A stretch of 64,000 nt of DNA from Candidatus Spyradenecus sp. (GTDB taxonomy: Bacteria; Verrucomicrobiota; Verrucomicrobiia; Opitutales; UBA953). Below, piece by piece: positions 18,531 through 29,041 of the stretch. The position numbers and the translations under genes are program-made. The first letter of the stretch is position 1; each line of letters begins with the position of its first letter. The stretch lies in contig JAZSKX010000014.1 in NCBI GenBank assembly GCA_045535075.1, positions 96,001-160,000 on the forward strand, given 5' to 3'. A model generated the notes under the pieces. The model saw nothing but the letters and a program-made list of their open reading frames with translations, made no database searches and was not told where the DNA came from.

Positions 18531-20105
18531 ATGGCAATGCACATCGACGATCAATTCTATAAACACTCTGACGACTTTTTCGCCGCGAACGCGGGAACGG
18601 GACTGACTTACGACGACGTCTCGCTCGCGACATGCTTCTCTGACGTGCTCCCGCGCATGACGCGCCTCGACACGACAATTTCCGACAAAATTTCGCTCTC
18701 GCTTCCGATTATGTCCGCCGACATGGACACCGTTACGGAATCGACGATGGCAATCGCCATGGCTCTTCACGGCGGGATCGGCATGATTCACTACAACATG
18801 TCGAACGCCGACCAAATTGAAAAAGTCCGCCGCGTCAAAAGCTACATTCACGGCATGATTGATCGCCCGGCGACCGTTCCCGCAGACATCACCGTCGGCG
18901 ACGTGCTCGCGATGATTGAAGCGAACGATTACAATTTTTCCACGTTCCCGGTGGTCGATAAAAACGGCGTTTTGCTCGGCTTGCTCCGCGGCGGCGTCGT
19001 CAAAAGCCGCCACGCCGCGCACAAAGTTGCCGACGTGATGATCCCGCGCGAACAGGTTTTGACGATTCAGGAAAAAGATCTCGGCGGCGACCCGATTGCG
19101 ACTGCCGACCGCATTTTCCTTGAACACATCGGCACGAACAAACTTCTCGTCGTCAACGAAAAAGGTCAGCTTCGCGGTTTGTTCACGCTTTCGGACATTG
19201 AGCGCATTCGCGACGAAGCGGGAACGGATGCGATTCGCCCGTCGCGCGACGAAAATTTCCGCCTGCGTTGCGGAGCCTCCGTTGCCGTGCCGCGCTTTCC
19301 GGACGGACGCGTGAATTACGACGCGCTCAACGAACACGTTTCCAATCTCGTCGCCGTCGGCGTTGACGCGGTTATCATTTCCACGGCGCACGGTCATTCG
19401 GCGGGCGTCGGCGAATGCGTGCGTTTTGTGCGCGACCATTTTCCGGAACTGACGATTATTGCCGGGAACGTGACGAGCGGCGAAGGCGTGGAGTTTTTGG
19501 CGGACGCTGGAGCGGATTCCGTTAAAATCGGGCAGGGTCCGGGTTCGATTTGCTCAACGCGCATCGTTGCCGGCGTCGGGATCCCGCAGCTTACGGCACT
19601 TTACGTTTCCGCGCAGGCGGCAAAGAAAAAAGGCGTGCGCATTATCGCGGACGGCGGCATCACGAAGTCCGGAGACATTGTGAAAGCTTTGACGCAGGCG
19701 GATTGCGTGATGCTCGGCGGCATGCTTGCGGGTTGCAAGGAAGCGCCGGGGAAGATCATGGAAATCAACGGCAAACTTTACAAAGAATACCGCGGCATGG
19801 GCTCGCTTGAAGCGATGCGCCACGGCTCGGCGGCACGCTACGGGCACGACCTGCGCAACAGCAAAATCACGAAGGTTGCTGCAGAAGGCGTGGAAGCGCT
19901 CAAGGAAGTTTCCGGAAGCGTGGATCAGATTCTGATTACGCTCGCGGGCGGCGTCCAAAGCGGTTTGGGCTATCTCGGCGCTCCGGATTTGAAAACCCTG
20001 CGGGAACGCGCGCGCTTCATTCGCGTTACGCCGGCGGGACAACGTGAATCTGCGCCGCACGACATCGTCGAAATCAAAACCGCACCGGGAACACCGCGCC
20101 GGTAA
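18531..20105 (+). CDS. guaB: IMP dehydrogenase (with CBS pair)
   Basis: [24 protein letters not shown] and YRGMGS motifs. Confidence 0.95.
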   Translation: MAMHIDDQFYKHSDDFFAANAGTGLTYDDVSLATCFSDVLPRMTRLDTTISDKISLSLPIMSADMDTVTESTMAIAMALHGGIGMIHYNMSNADQIEKVRRVKSYIHGMIDRPATVPADITVGDVLAMIEANDYNFSTFPVVDKNGVLLGLLRGGVVKSRHAAHKVADVMIPREQVLTIQEKDLGGDPIATADRIFLEHIGTNKLLVVNEKGQLRGLFTLSDIERIRDEAGTDAIRPSRDENFRLRCGASVAVPRFPDGRVNYDALNEHVSNLVAVGVDAVIISTAHGHSAGVGECVRFVRDHFPELTIIAGNVTSGEGVEFLADAGADSVKIGQGPGSICSTRIVAGVGIPQLTALYVSAQAAKKKGVRIIADGGITKSGDIVKALTQADCVMLGGMLAGCKEAPGKIMEINGKLYKEYRGMGSLEAMRHGSAARYGHDLRNSKITKVAAEGVEALKEVSGSVDQILITLAGGVQSGLGYLGAPDLKTLRERARFIRVTPAGQRESAPHDIVEIKTAPGTPRR

Positions 20106-20120
20106 GCTTAAAATTAGGCT

Positions 20121-20172
20121 AATAAAAATCCCGAATTCCGTACGAATGATGGCGGAATTCGGGATTTTTATT
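20121..20172. terminator. Bidirectional terminator between guaB and the ABC1 kinase gene
   Basis: AATAAAAATCCCGAATTCCG ... CGGAATTCGGGATTTTTATT inverted repeat. Confidence 0.8.
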
Positions 20173-20195
20173 AGTCTGAGCTCGCGGGAACGGCC

Positions 20196-21839
20196 TTAAT
20201 TCCTGCGCCAGACGATGATAAAGAAAAGCCATGTCGTAAGCATCGCGGCGATGACGAATCCGGTGATTCCCAAGTGCTTGGCGAAACCGAGTCCGTCTCC
20301 GATACTCGCGGCGCAAACTAAAAGCGAGCTGGCGACCAAGAGCGCCGAAATAATCATCGCGAGCGCGATTCGGTTCGCAGAGCGATCCAGCGTCAGGCGT
20401 GTTGCGTTCAAGCCTTCGTGGTCAATATTCATACGCAAATCGCCGCTTTCGAGCTTCCAGAAAATGCGTTGGACAGACTCCGGAATTTCTTTGATATAGG
20501 CGAGTTGTCGTTCCGCCTGCCAATAGAAATCGCGTCCGAGGGTTACGGGATTTCGGCGTTGGGCGTAGAGATTTTTCAGGGCAACTGTCGCAAATGCCGT
20601 GAGGTCGAAATCCGGATTGAGCGCGCGTCCGGATTCTTCCATAACGGTAACGGACTTTGCGAGCAGCGCGTAATCGCGCGGGAGCGGCAATTGGTTTTGA
20701 GCGAACACGCGTAGCATGTCGAAAATAATCCGCCCGACGGCGCCTGCGTCTGTTTCGAAATTTGCGTGTTTGCGGAGGACTATCGCGATTTCAGTTTCTA
20801 ATTTCGCTTTGTTGATATGTTCCCGCGGCGGATTAATACAAAGGGCGATTTGGAGAACTTTTTCCGGATTAAGCTCTGCGACGGCGGCAAAAATATCTGC
20901 CAGGAAATAGCGCATTTTTCGCGAAAGCGTTCCCGCGCATCCCCAGTCGAGGAAGCAAAGTCGAGCGTCTTTTGTTATCAGGATATTTCCCGGATGCGGA
21001 TCTGCGTGAAAAAATCCGAAAGAGAAAATCTGGCGGAAAACGGATTCTCCGCCGGCGATGCTGAGTTCCCGTGCGACCGCTTTCGGAATGTGCTTGTCGC
21101 CGGGTGTCATGCCGTCAACCCATTCCGTCACCAAGAGCCGGGCAGAGGAAAGTTGCGGATAAACGCGCGGAGCAAAAATGCGCGGATCGTCATTAATTTT
21201 CTCGAAGTGCTGAGCATTCTTGGCTTCAAAGGTGAAATCGATTTCCCGCAAGACGCCGTCGCGGATTTCGTTGAGAATTCCCGCGAAATCGTAGGCTGCG
21301 AGCTCGGGGATATTTTCCGTCGCCTGATTGACAATCCACTCCAAAATTTCGAAATCCGCCTTCATGGCCTTTCCCGCGCCGGGGCGACGAACCTTTACCG
21401 CGACGCATTCGCCGGTTTTGAGAACGGCTTTGTAAACCTGACCGACGGAGCCGCAGGCGAACGGCTCCCGATTAAAACTTTCAAAATTACTTTCGATCCC
21501 GCCTTTGAGTTCTCCCGCAATCACGGGCTCAACGGCTTCCCAATTGACCGGCGCGACGTGATCCCGCAACTTTTTAAACTCCTCCAAAAGCGGCGGCGGC
21601 AAAATATCTTCGCGTGTGCTGACGATTTGGGCGAATTTTACAAAAGTGGGACCCAATTCTTCGCAGGTAACGCGAATGCGTTGCCACAGTGAAAGGTCGG
21701 ACGACTCCGGAAGAATTTTATTCAGCAAAAAGCCGTGCGGACGCAATTTCCCCGCAAGCTCGGCAAAACCGTTGCGAAGCAGGACAAGCGCGATTTCCTT
21801 TGCGCGTATGCTGTTGCGCAGAAAAGAAATTGTGCGCAT
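20196..21839 (-). CDS. AarF/UbiB/ABC1 family kinase-like protein
   Basis: ELGPTFVKFAQ, VAVKVRRP, FFHADPHPGN and LDWG motifs; C-terminal TM helices. Confidence 0.9.
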   Translation of the reverse strand: MRTISFLRNSIRAKEIALVLLRNGFAELAGKLRPHGFLLNKILPESSDLSLWQRIRVTCEELGPTFVKFAQIVSTREDILPPPLLEEFKKLRDHVAPVNWEAVEPVIAGELKGGIESNFESFNREPFACGSVGQVYKAVLKTGECVAVKVRRPGAGKAMKADFEILEWIVNQATENIPELAAYDFAGILNEIRDGVLREIDFTFEAKNAQHFEKINDDPRIFAPRVYPQLSSARLLVTEWVDGMTPGDKHIPKAVARELSIAGGESVFRQIFSFGFFHADPHPGNILITKDARLCFLDWGCAGTLSRKMRYFLADIFAAVAELNPEKVLQIALCINPPREHINKAKLETEIAIVLRKHANFETDAGAVGRIIFDMLRVFAQNQLPLPRDYALLAKSVTVMEESGRALNPDFDLTAFATVALKNLYAQRRNPVTLGRDFYWQAERQLAYIKEIPESVQRIFWKLESGDLRMNIDHEGLNATRLTLDRSANRIALAMIISALLVASSLLVCAASIGDGLGFAKHLGITGFVIAAMLTTWLFFIIVWRRN

Positions 21840-21935
21840 CGGGGACGAATGACTGACCGGTCGGGAGGGCACGGATTCCGAAAATTAAAAATCGGCGTTC
21901 CCGCCAAGGACTTGACGGGAACGCAAAAAACAAAA

Positions 21936-22310
21936 CTAGTCAACGACTTCGGCGTCGCTTGCGGGAACGGCTTCTTCCGCCTTTTCCTTATCGCAACAGC
22001 AATCGCATTCCGTCGCGATTCCGAGTTTTTCTTCAATCGCCTTGAGGCGCTTGTTGATTTTGCAAACTTGTTCCCGCGTGGCAAACGGCCACTTTTTCCC
22101 GAGTTCTTCGGTCTTTTCCGAGAAATCGCAACGCGCCTTTTCCCAATTTTCTTCTCCGATTTTTGCCGCTTTAGAGAAAAATTCCTTAGCGTCGTTTTGG
22201 GAAATTTTCCCTTTCGCCACCCAGTCGTTGAGGACTTTTTCGATGGCTTCCTTCGAAAGCGTTGCTGCTCCGAGCCCGGCGTAGAGTGTTTTCTTCAGTG
22301 TTTCAAACAT
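21936..22310 (-). CDS. Phasin-like (PhaF-related) small helical protein
   Basis: LKKTLYAGLGA...LSKE...KGKIS pattern; lies upstream of the ABC1 kinase gene. Confidence 0.65.
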   Translation of the reverse strand: MFETLKKTLYAGLGAATLSKEAIEKVLNDWVAKGKISQNDAKEFFSKAAKIGEENWEKARCDFSEKTEELGKKWPFATREQVCKINKRLKAIEEKLGIATECDCCCDKEKAEEAVPASDAEVVD

Positions 22311-22361
22311 GTTTTTCCTTTCCTTGTCTTGGTTAAATTTTACTAAAAGCGTCGCGTGTTA

Positions 22362-23150
22362 TTATTTTTTGTTTACGTCCTGGCGTTCGATTTCCGTCGC
22401 GACGGTGTCCGGAGTTCCCAGTGTAAAAAGCAATCCGCTGAGCCCGCTGACAACGATGCGTTCCGAGTCGCGAACGACATCATTGGATTTTGCCGCGTCT
22501 GCCCAATCTCCCGAAGGCGGCGGAATTTTCACGCCGATGAAGTTTTTTTCGTTGATAATTTTGGAGCTTCCCGAGGCGATAGAGCCGCTGTAGCGATAAT
22601 CCTTTCGGTCCCGCAGGTAATAGATGTTGAAAAGCTTGTAAAATTCTTCGATTTCGGCGGCATCGGGAAGCCGGAATTCAATCGTCTTGGCGTGTGTCGA
22701 GTGCGGGTAGGTTTTGACGACGAGATATTCCGCGATGTCGGCGGCATTGGATTTTGTCGCTTTGTTAATCGTTGTTTTAAGGCGCGCCTTGGCGTTCCCG
22801 TATTGCGGAATTTTTTGAGCGATGCGAATCGGGTCGAATTCTTCCATGGCGTAGATGCGGATTTGCCCGGGCGTTCCTTCGAAATCAATGGTCATTTCCG
22901 TGACATATTGCGGCGGCGTGCTGACGCGGGAACTCTCCGTCGCTTGCGCGGAAATATATTTTTGCAAAGAAACATGCACTACTTTTCGGGCGTCTCGGCA
23001 GTAAAAGCTTTGGTAAGGCTCCTTAATTTCAATGCCGAATGCATTTTGCGGCAACTTGGGGGTAGAGACCGTTACGCCTTGGGCGGCAAGCGGTAAGAGC
23101 GTTCCCGCGAAGACGAGAAGCGGGAGATCGGGGCGTCGCAAGTTTCTCAT
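22362..23150 (-). CDS. Hypothetical exported protein
   Basis: 262-aa ORF with a signal-peptide-like N-terminus (LLVFAGTLLPLAAQG). Confidence 0.6.
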   Translation of the reverse strand: MRNLRRPDLPLLVFAGTLLPLAAQGVTVSTPKLPQNAFGIEIKEPYQSFYCRDARKVVHVSLQKYISAQATESSRVSTPPQYVTEMTIDFEGTPGQIRIYAMEEFDPIRIAQKIPQYGNAKARLKTTINKATKSNAADIAEYLVVKTYPHSTHAKTIEFRLPDAAEIEEFYKLFNIYYLRDRKDYRYSGSIASGSSKIINEKNFIGVKIPPPSGDWADAAKSNDVVRDSERIVVSGLSGLLFTLGTPDTVATEIERQDVNKK

Positions 23151-23258
23151 ACGCGGGCGATTTTGTTGGAAAGTTTTTCCGAGTGCAATTATGAATTTTC
23201 CGCTCGCCGGGAAAGTCTCCCGTTGCGTTGAAATCGCGTCTTGTCTAATCTCCCGAGA

Positions 23259-25268
23259 ATGCGCTTTTCCCCACGAAATTTAATTTTTCCGTTTTTTTGC
23301 TTTCTTGCTGTCGGCTTAAGTGCGCAGGAGGAAGACGGCGAGCCGAACGCAGAGCAGGGCGCAACGGAATTTGTTTCCAAATGCGCAAAGGCGGAACGTA
23401 TCATTCGCGGGCGTAAGGAAAGCGAAATCGCCGAGCGTCTCAACGAAGTGGTCCCGACGCCGGAAAATCCTTTTCCTGCAGGCATCACGCCGGAACGGCC
23501 GGCAAAGCACAAAATGATTGTTCCGCGTATTTCGGAAACCGAGAAGCGCCGCATTGACAAGGAAGCCGCCGCCAAGCGCCGCAAAGAACTTCAGGAAGAG
23601 AAAAAACGCCTTGCCGAGGAACGCCGAGCCGAGCGTCAGGCGCGTTCGTGGATGCTTTTTGACGAGCGCGAAAAAGAAGATGCCAAGCGCCGCGCCGAGC
23701 AAAAAAAACTCAAGGAAGAAGCGGAAGAAAAGAATCAGCTTCAGGAAGATTTCGAGCAGTTTAAATCGCTTCCCGCAGAGGAAGTCTTTAAGCACGCGGC
23801 AGCAAAAATTTTTCCTGGCGATGTCCCCGAAACGATTCAGCGCGTAAACAAAGCTTTTAAAACCGACAACGAAATCCGCGAATGGCAGTTTACCGGGCTT
23901 TATGCGCCGCCCGGCGAAATTATTCGCGTACACGTCTCGACGGCGGGAATCAACAGCGGCTACCGCATTCGCATCGGAACGCACGAAGACGATCTTCTCG
24001 AAGGACGAAAAAAAGATTATTGGCATCGCTTCCCGACGATTGTTCGGGAATTCGGCATAAATAATTCCACCGTCGAGATCGCCAATCCGTTCGGCGGAAT
24101 GATTTACGTGAAAACGCCGCCGCCGCCCGCCCGCAGCAAAGTTTCTTCGTCTTCGCAACGCCGCGTCCCGCGCTACGCCCGCTTCCAATTCATCGGCGTC
24201 GTCGAAGCTCCGAATTTTGAACTCGGCGAAACCAAGCCGGCGGAATGGATGCACCTGCGTAACGCTCCCGCACCGTGGGCGCAACTCGCGGGAAAGTATT
24301 TTATCGCGACCGTGCCGTCCGAGGCCGTACGCAAAATCGACAAACCGCAGGAAATCGTCGAGTTTTGGGATAAAATCCTCGAAGGATTGGACAAGCTTTC
24401 CGGACGTGAAGAACGCGCAAAAAACGCGCCGCGGGAATGCATCGTCTTTGACGCGGATTCGACCGGATTTGCGGGGCATGACGGCGACACCGTCGTTTTC
24501 CCCGTCGAACTCGTAAATACGTTTCTTGATTTGGATTATATCCGAAAAAACGGTTCGTGGGGGCTGTTTTTCTACCTCGCAAAAAATCGCGTGCGCCGCG
24601 AATGGACGCTCAACGGGAACGCCGATGCGCCCGCCGCTCTGCTCGCGCTCTACTGCATGGAGCGGGCAACGGAACGAAAAGCACACACGTTTTTTGACGC
24701 GAAGGCGCTTCATTCGTTTGCGTTAACTCATCCCGCCGACGCGGGAACGCCGGAAATCATCGGATCGTATCTTCCGCTGCTCGAAGCATTCGGCTGGGAA
24801 CCGCTTTTCAAAGCGTTTGACGTTTACAACAATAAAAAACCGCCGCTAAGCGCCACCGAACTCGACAAAGCGGAAAGTTTCGTTACCGTCTGGTCGCGTG
24901 CCGCAAAAAGCAATTTCGGACCGTATTTTGAAAATTTCGGAATCGAATATTCGCCGAAACTTAAAATGCGCCTCGAAAAGCTTCGGAAGTTCGCTCCGAA
25001 GCAGTTCCCGCCGCCCATCGGCTTGGAAAAACCGAGCGAGGATTGCTTCCTCGGCGACGCTCCGCTCGGAAGTATTTCCATTTTCTTTAGCGATTATTTC
25101 CCGCCGGAAGGCGATGAAGAAACTTTCATCAATCTTGAGGACACGGAAGAAACAAACGAGGCCGACGAAGAACCCGAATCTGAAGAAGAGGTTCTCGAAG
25201 AAGATGCCGCCGATACGGATGCCGGCGGGCCCGCATCGGAAGTTTTCGGAGAAAAAATTCGCGTATGA
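23259..25268 (+). CDS. Secreted M60-like (enhancin-related) peptidase homolog with a degenerate zinc motif
   Basis: Signal peptide, charged coiled coil, M60-type TGLYAPPGE and ANPFGGMIYV motifs, APWAQL; WGLFFYLAKN at the expected HEXXH position; acidic tail. Confidence 0.75.
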   Translation: MRFSPRNLIFPFFCFLAVGLSAQEEDGEPNAEQGATEFVSKCAKAERIIRGRKESEIAERLNEVVPTPENPFPAGITPERPAKHKMIVPRISETEKRRIDKEAAAKRRKELQEEKKRLAEERRAERQARSWMLFDEREKEDAKRRAEQKKLKEEAEEKNQLQEDFEQFKSLPAEEVFKHAAAKIFPGDVPETIQRVNKAFKTDNEIREWQFTGLYAPPGEIIRVHVSTAGINSGYRIRIGTHEDDLLEGRKKDYWHRFPTIVREFGINNSTVEIANPFGGMIYVKTPPPPARSKVSSSSQRRVPRYARFQFIGVVEAPNFELGETKPAEWMHLRNAPAPWAQLAGKYFIATVPSEAVRKIDKPQEIVEFWDKILEGLDKLSGREERAKNAPRECIVFDADSTGFAGHDGDTVVFPVELVNTFLDLDYIRKNGSWGLFFYLAKNRVRREWTLNGNADAPAALLALYCMERATERKAHTFFDAKALHSFALTHPADAGTPEIIGSYLPLLEAFGWEPLFKAFDVYNNKKPPLSATELDKAESFVTVWSRAAKSNFGPYFENFGIEYSPKLKMRLEKLRKFAPKQFPPPIGLEKPSEDCFLGDAPLGSISIFFSDYFPPEGDEETFINLEDTEETNEADEEPESEEEVLEEDAADTDAGGPASEVFGEKIRV

Positions 25269-26020
25269 ACCGGCAAAATCCCGAACATAAAAACGCGTGC
25301 GCCGTCTTTCTCGCCGGCGGCTCCGGAAGCCGGATGCGCGGCGCGGTCGACGATAAAATTTTTGCGCAGTTGGCGGGAACGCCCGTTATCGCGCACGTCA
25401 TTCGCCGATTTCTCGCGTGCGGCATTACGGAAACTGCCGTTTTTGTCTGTCGGGACGATGCGCAGGAAGCCGATTTGCGCCGCGTGCTTGCGGGATTTCC
25501 CGCTTCGGAGCTTTTCCCGAAAATTGTGTTTTGCCGCGGAGGCAAAGAACGTCGCGACTCCGTTTTAAACGGTTTGCGGGCTGCGCAACTCGCGGGAACG
25601 GCGCCGGATGCGATTACGCTGATTCACGATGCCGCGCGACCGCTCGTTTCGCCGGACGCGTTGCGCGAAGTTTACGCTGTCGCGTTGCGCGAAGGCGCGT
25701 CCGTGCTTGCGCATCGTTGCGTGAACACGATTAAACGCGTGCCTGCGGGAACGGCGCCGGGAAAAGCCTGCATGGCGGAAGATTTGGACCGCGGGCGACT
25801 TTGGGAAATGGAGACGCCGCAGGCGTTCCCGTTGGAGAAAATCCTTGCTGCCTACGAGCGCGTAACGCGTGAAAATCTCACGATCACCGATGATGTTTCG
25901 GCGTTCGTCGCTGCATTCGGCGGAACCGTCGCGCTTGTCGAAAATCTGTCGCCGAATCTTAAAATCACCGCTCCCGCGGATATTTTTATCGCCGAAGCGA
26001 TTTTGAATGCGGAAAAATAA
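25265..26020 (+). CDS. ispD: 2-C-methyl-D-erythritol 4-phosphate cytidylyltransferase
   Basis: LAGGSGSRM, GGKERRDSV, IHDAARP, ETPQAF and NLKIT motifs. Confidence 0.93.
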   Translation: MNRQNPEHKNACAVFLAGGSGSRMRGAVDDKIFAQLAGTPVIAHVIRRFLACGITETAVFVCRDDAQEADLRRVLAGFPASELFPKIVFCRGGKERRDSVLNGLRAAQLAGTAPDAITLIHDAARPLVSPDALREVYAVALREGASVLAHRCVNTIKRVPAGTAPGKACMAEDLDRGRLWEMETPQAFPLEKILAAYERVTRENLTITDDVSAFVAAFGGTVALVENLSPNLKITAPADIFIAEAILNAEK

Positions 26021-26028
26021 TTTTACCG

Positions 26029-26610
26029 ATGGGAAAAATTAATCTTGTTGCCCAAGCTCATGCATTTGCGCGGGAACGCTTGCACGGCGACGGCTTGCGC
26101 GCAGTCGACGCAACGGCGGGAAACGGGAATGACACGCTTTTTCTCGCGCAAATTACGGGAAAGGATGCACGCATCGCCGCGTTTGACGTACAAGCGGAAG
26201 CAATTAGCGCAACGCGTTCCCGCCTCGAAAAAAACACCTGCAGCGACAAAGTCGAATTGTTTCTTTGCGGACATGAAAAAATGGCGGAAATCCTCGGCGG
26301 AAGTTGGCGCGGAAAGACAAATGCCGTTTTCTTCAATCTCGGCTATCTCCCGAAAAGCGATCACGCCGTAACCACTTCCGCCGAAACGACGCTTCCCGCG
26401 CTTGATGCCGCATGGGAATTGCTCGCGCCCGGAGGATTTATTTCGCTGACGGTTTACACGCGCCATGCCGGCGGATTTGATGAGTCCGGGCGCGTCGCGG
26501 CATGGCTCGAAAAGATGCGTTCCCGCGCCGAAATCGTTACCTGCGGCGAGCACAATCCCGTTGAACCTTGGTGGGCGGGAATCGTGAAAAAATCCGAATT
26601 GCGCACGTAA
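26029..26610 (+). CDS. Class I SAM-dependent methyltransferase (YtqB/MnmM-like)
   Basis: VDATAGNGNDT, FDVQ and FNLGYLP motifs. Confidence 0.85.
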   Translation: MGKINLVAQAHAFARERLHGDGLRAVDATAGNGNDTLFLAQITGKDARIAAFDVQAEAISATRSRLEKNTCSDKVELFLCGHEKMAEILGGSWRGKTNAVFFNLGYLPKSDHAVTTSAETTLPALDAAWELLAPGGFISLTVYTRHAGGFDESGRVAAWLEKMRSRAEIVTCGEHNPVEPWWAGIVKKSELRT

Positions 26611-26716
26611 AAATACTCGACGTCGTGTTTTTAATCGGATTTCCTATTGCGAAACTATTTTATTCATTTGCGGTGTTAGAGGTTAGTGTCCCGCAAAATC
26701 AAACTGCTTATTACCC

Positions 26717-26742
26717 GGGAGCCGAAAGGCTCCCTTTTTTTT
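26717..26742 (+). terminator. Rho-independent terminator
   Basis: GGGAGCC-GAAA-GGCTCCC followed by T8. Confidence 0.85.
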
Positions 26743-26789
26743 GTTTGTCCGAATTCCGGGCGTGGGTTCGCGTCGGCGCTCGGCGCGTT

Positions 26790-27545
26790 TTAAAGCACTT
26801 TGGAGAGAAAATCCCGAATGCGCGGCGACGGCATTTCGCCGAAAAACCGCTGCGGCGAGCTGTCGCTGATGATTTTTCCGTGATCCATGAAAAGAATTCG
26901 CGAGGCCACTTCCCGCGCAAACGCAATTTCATGCGTAACGACAATCATCGTCAGCCCGCCTTGCGCGAGGTCTTTCATCAGCGCAAGCACTTCGCCGACC
27001 ATTTCCGGATCGAGCGCGGAAGTCGGCTCGTCAAAAAGAATAACATCGGGATTCATTACCAACGAACGCACAATCGCGATGCGTTGCTTTTGCCCGCCGG
27101 AAAGTTGTTGCGGGAACGCCAACCGTTTCTCGTACAAGCCGATGCGCTTGAGCAGGCGTTCCGCTTCGGCAACCGCTTCCGCTTTGCTTAAGCGCCCGGT
27201 TTTCACGGGAGCGAGCGTAATGTTGTCCAAAACATTCAGATGCGGGAAAAGATTGAAATGCTGAAAAACCATGCCGACTCGGGCGCGGAAGGCGTTGACG
27301 TCCGTGCGGCGGACATCGTTCCCGCGAAAAAGAATTTCCCCGGCGTCCGGCATTTCCAAGAGATTCAGGCAACGCAAAAACGTGCTCTTCCCCGAGCCGC
27401 TCGGCCCGAGTACAAATACGGCTTCACCGCGGCGAATTTCCGCAGAAACACCGTCAACGGCAACGTGGTTCCCGAAGACTTTTTTCAAATCGGAAATGCG
27501 AAAGAGCGTTTCGGCATCTCCGTTCCCGCCGGACGTTTTGCTCAT
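26790..27545 (-). CDS. Polar amino acid ABC transporter ATP-binding protein (GlnQ-like)
   Basis: GPSGSGKST, MVFQHFNLFPH, LSGGQKQR and DEPTSALDPE motifs. Confidence 0.92.
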   Translation of the reverse strand: MSKTSGGNGDAETLFRISDLKKVFGNHVAVDGVSAEIRRGEAVFVLGPSGSGKSTFLRCLNLLEMPDAGEILFRGNDVRRTDVNAFRARVGMVFQHFNLFPHLNVLDNITLAPVKTGRLSKAEAVAEAERLLKRIGLYEKRLAFPQQLSGGQKQRIAIVRSLVMNPDVILFDEPTSALDPEMVGEVLALMKDLAQGGLTMIVVTHEIAFAREVASRILFMDHGKIISDSSPQRFFGEMPSPRIRDFLSKVL

Positions 27546-27546
27546 C

Positions 27547-28149
27547 TTAGACACGCATTTTTGCCGCCGCGTAAATTGCGCGAATGCGGGCAAAGTCCGA
27601 TTCGCGATCGCCGGAAACGAGGCAGTAATCGTACTCGCTCCAGCGCTTCATCTCATCAAGCGCAACGCACATGCGGCGCTCGATTTCGTCCGGCGCGTCC
27701 GTGCCGCGTCCCGTCAGGCGGGAACGCAATTCTTCAACCGAAGGCGGCATGATAAATACCGAAATCAACGCTTCCCGGATGCGGGTATTCGTCGCGGCAA
27801 GCTTGCGGACCGTTGCCGCGCCTTGGACATCAAGGTTGAGCAAAACATTTTTTCCGGTGGCAAGAATCGATTCCACTTGCGCGTGGCGTACACCGTAGCG
27901 ATTCGAATGCACCTGCGCGTGCTCAAGAAAATCGCCGTTTTGAACGCCCGCCTCAAACGCTTCGTGCGTGAGAAAAAAATAGTCGACTCCGTCTTGCTCG
28001 TTCCCGCGCGGCGCACGCGTCGTGCAGGTTACGGCGCGCGAAATCTCCTGCGGGAACGCCTCCAGCATACGGTCGCAAAGCGTCGTCTTCCCGCAACCGG
28101 CAGGGCCGGATACAAGCAATAAAATCGGCTTCGAGGAAAATGTATTCAT
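27547..28149 (-). CDS. gmk: Guanylate kinase
   Basis: SGPAGCGKTT, TTRAPR..E.DGVDYFF and DVQGA motifs; start placed at MNTFSS. Confidence 0.93.
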   Translation of the reverse strand: MNTFSSKPILLLVSGPAGCGKTTLCDRMLEAFPQEISRAVTCTTRAPRGNEQDGVDYFFLTHEAFEAGVQNGDFLEHAQVHSNRYGVRHAQVESILATGKNVLLNLDVQGAATVRKLAATNTRIREALISVFIMPPSVEELRSRLTGRGTDAPDEIERRMCVALDEMKRWSEYDYCLVSGDRESDFARIRAIYAAAKMRV

Positions 28150-28151
28150 AA

Positions 28152-28691
28152 TTATTTTACAAAAAAGACTGCGACAAGGTTCGCGATTCCGATGAGGAAA
28201 ATGCCGCCGCCGACAAGGCGCGCGCGCGTCGTGTTGTCCGTGGAAAACGTAATCGCGTTGCGAAGCACGTAAGGCGCTGCTCCCGCCCAAAGTGCACCGA
28301 TAATCAGCAAATAAGCCGTTCCCGCAAGGACGCAGGAATACGGCGTGTGCCCGAAGCCGATTTTTAAAAGCTCGTTGCAAATAAAAAGCGCCAGCACCGC
28401 AAGCGCACGCAACGGCAATAAATCGGCGAGAAATTTGAACGCCAAAATCCCGGCTCCGCCGAAGAGCGCAAAAAACGACCAACGCGGAAAGCCCGCCAAG
28501 TCAACTTCGCTAATCGTCGTAAGGTGATAAAAAAACCAGGTCAACGCCGCCGACCACAGCAGAACGCCCGCCAAGTACGAACGCGGGAACGCGCGAAGCT
28601 GCGGCGCAAAACGTGCGCCGAACAAAAAGAACAGCGCTCCCGCAAGTGCGAAAACACCGCCGACGCAAAGGTATGCAGAGGACAAATCCAT
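28152..28691 (-). CDS. Hypothetical membrane protein
   Basis: 179-aa hydrophobic ORF ending 2 nt before the gmk start. Confidence 0.7.
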   Translation of the reverse strand: MDLSSAYLCVGGVFALAGALFFLFGARFAPQLRAFPRSYLAGVLLWSAALTWFFYHLTTISEVDLAGFPRWSFFALFGGAGILAFKFLADLLPLRALAVLALFICNELLKIGFGHTPYSCVLAGTAYLLIIGALWAGAAPYVLRNAITFSTDNTTRARLVGGGIFLIGIANLVAVFFVK

Positions 28692-28767
28692 AAAACCGCA
28701 ACACTACAAAAAGCCTTTCGCCGAGTGAAGCGAGAAATTGAATTCGCATTAGAGCAATGAAAGATTA

Positions 28768-29041
28768 CTCGGCTTTCAGCCGAATCTAATTCACGGGAAC
28801 GCGCGGATTCGCCAAATTTTGTTCGTCGACGAAAGCGCGGATAAAATGGCAAAACGTTCCCGTGGACGTAATCCTCGGCTGGAATCCGGACGAAATTTAA
28901 TCCGGTGTGCAAGCCATTGTCCGCACGTGACGCAATCCTCGGCTGAAAGCCGGACGGATGCTAGCCCAACGGCAAGTTCGCGGAGCGAACGCCGCCTTGG
29001 GTCCGAAATATTATAATCACCCGCGCCCTGAAAGGGCAAAA
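28768..29041 (+). repeat. REP/REPIN-like palindromic element, copy A (partial, with an internal duplication)
   Basis: GGCTTTCAGCC...GGCTGAAAGCC-AGCCCAACGGCAAGTTCGCGGAGCGAACGCCGCCTTGGG-GCCCTGAAAGGGC; colinear with 34698-34908. Confidence 0.85.

Noticed and set aside
27547..28482. 311-aa extended guanylate kinase ORF
   Set aside because: The extension overlaps the upstream membrane-protein gene; the likely start is 28149.
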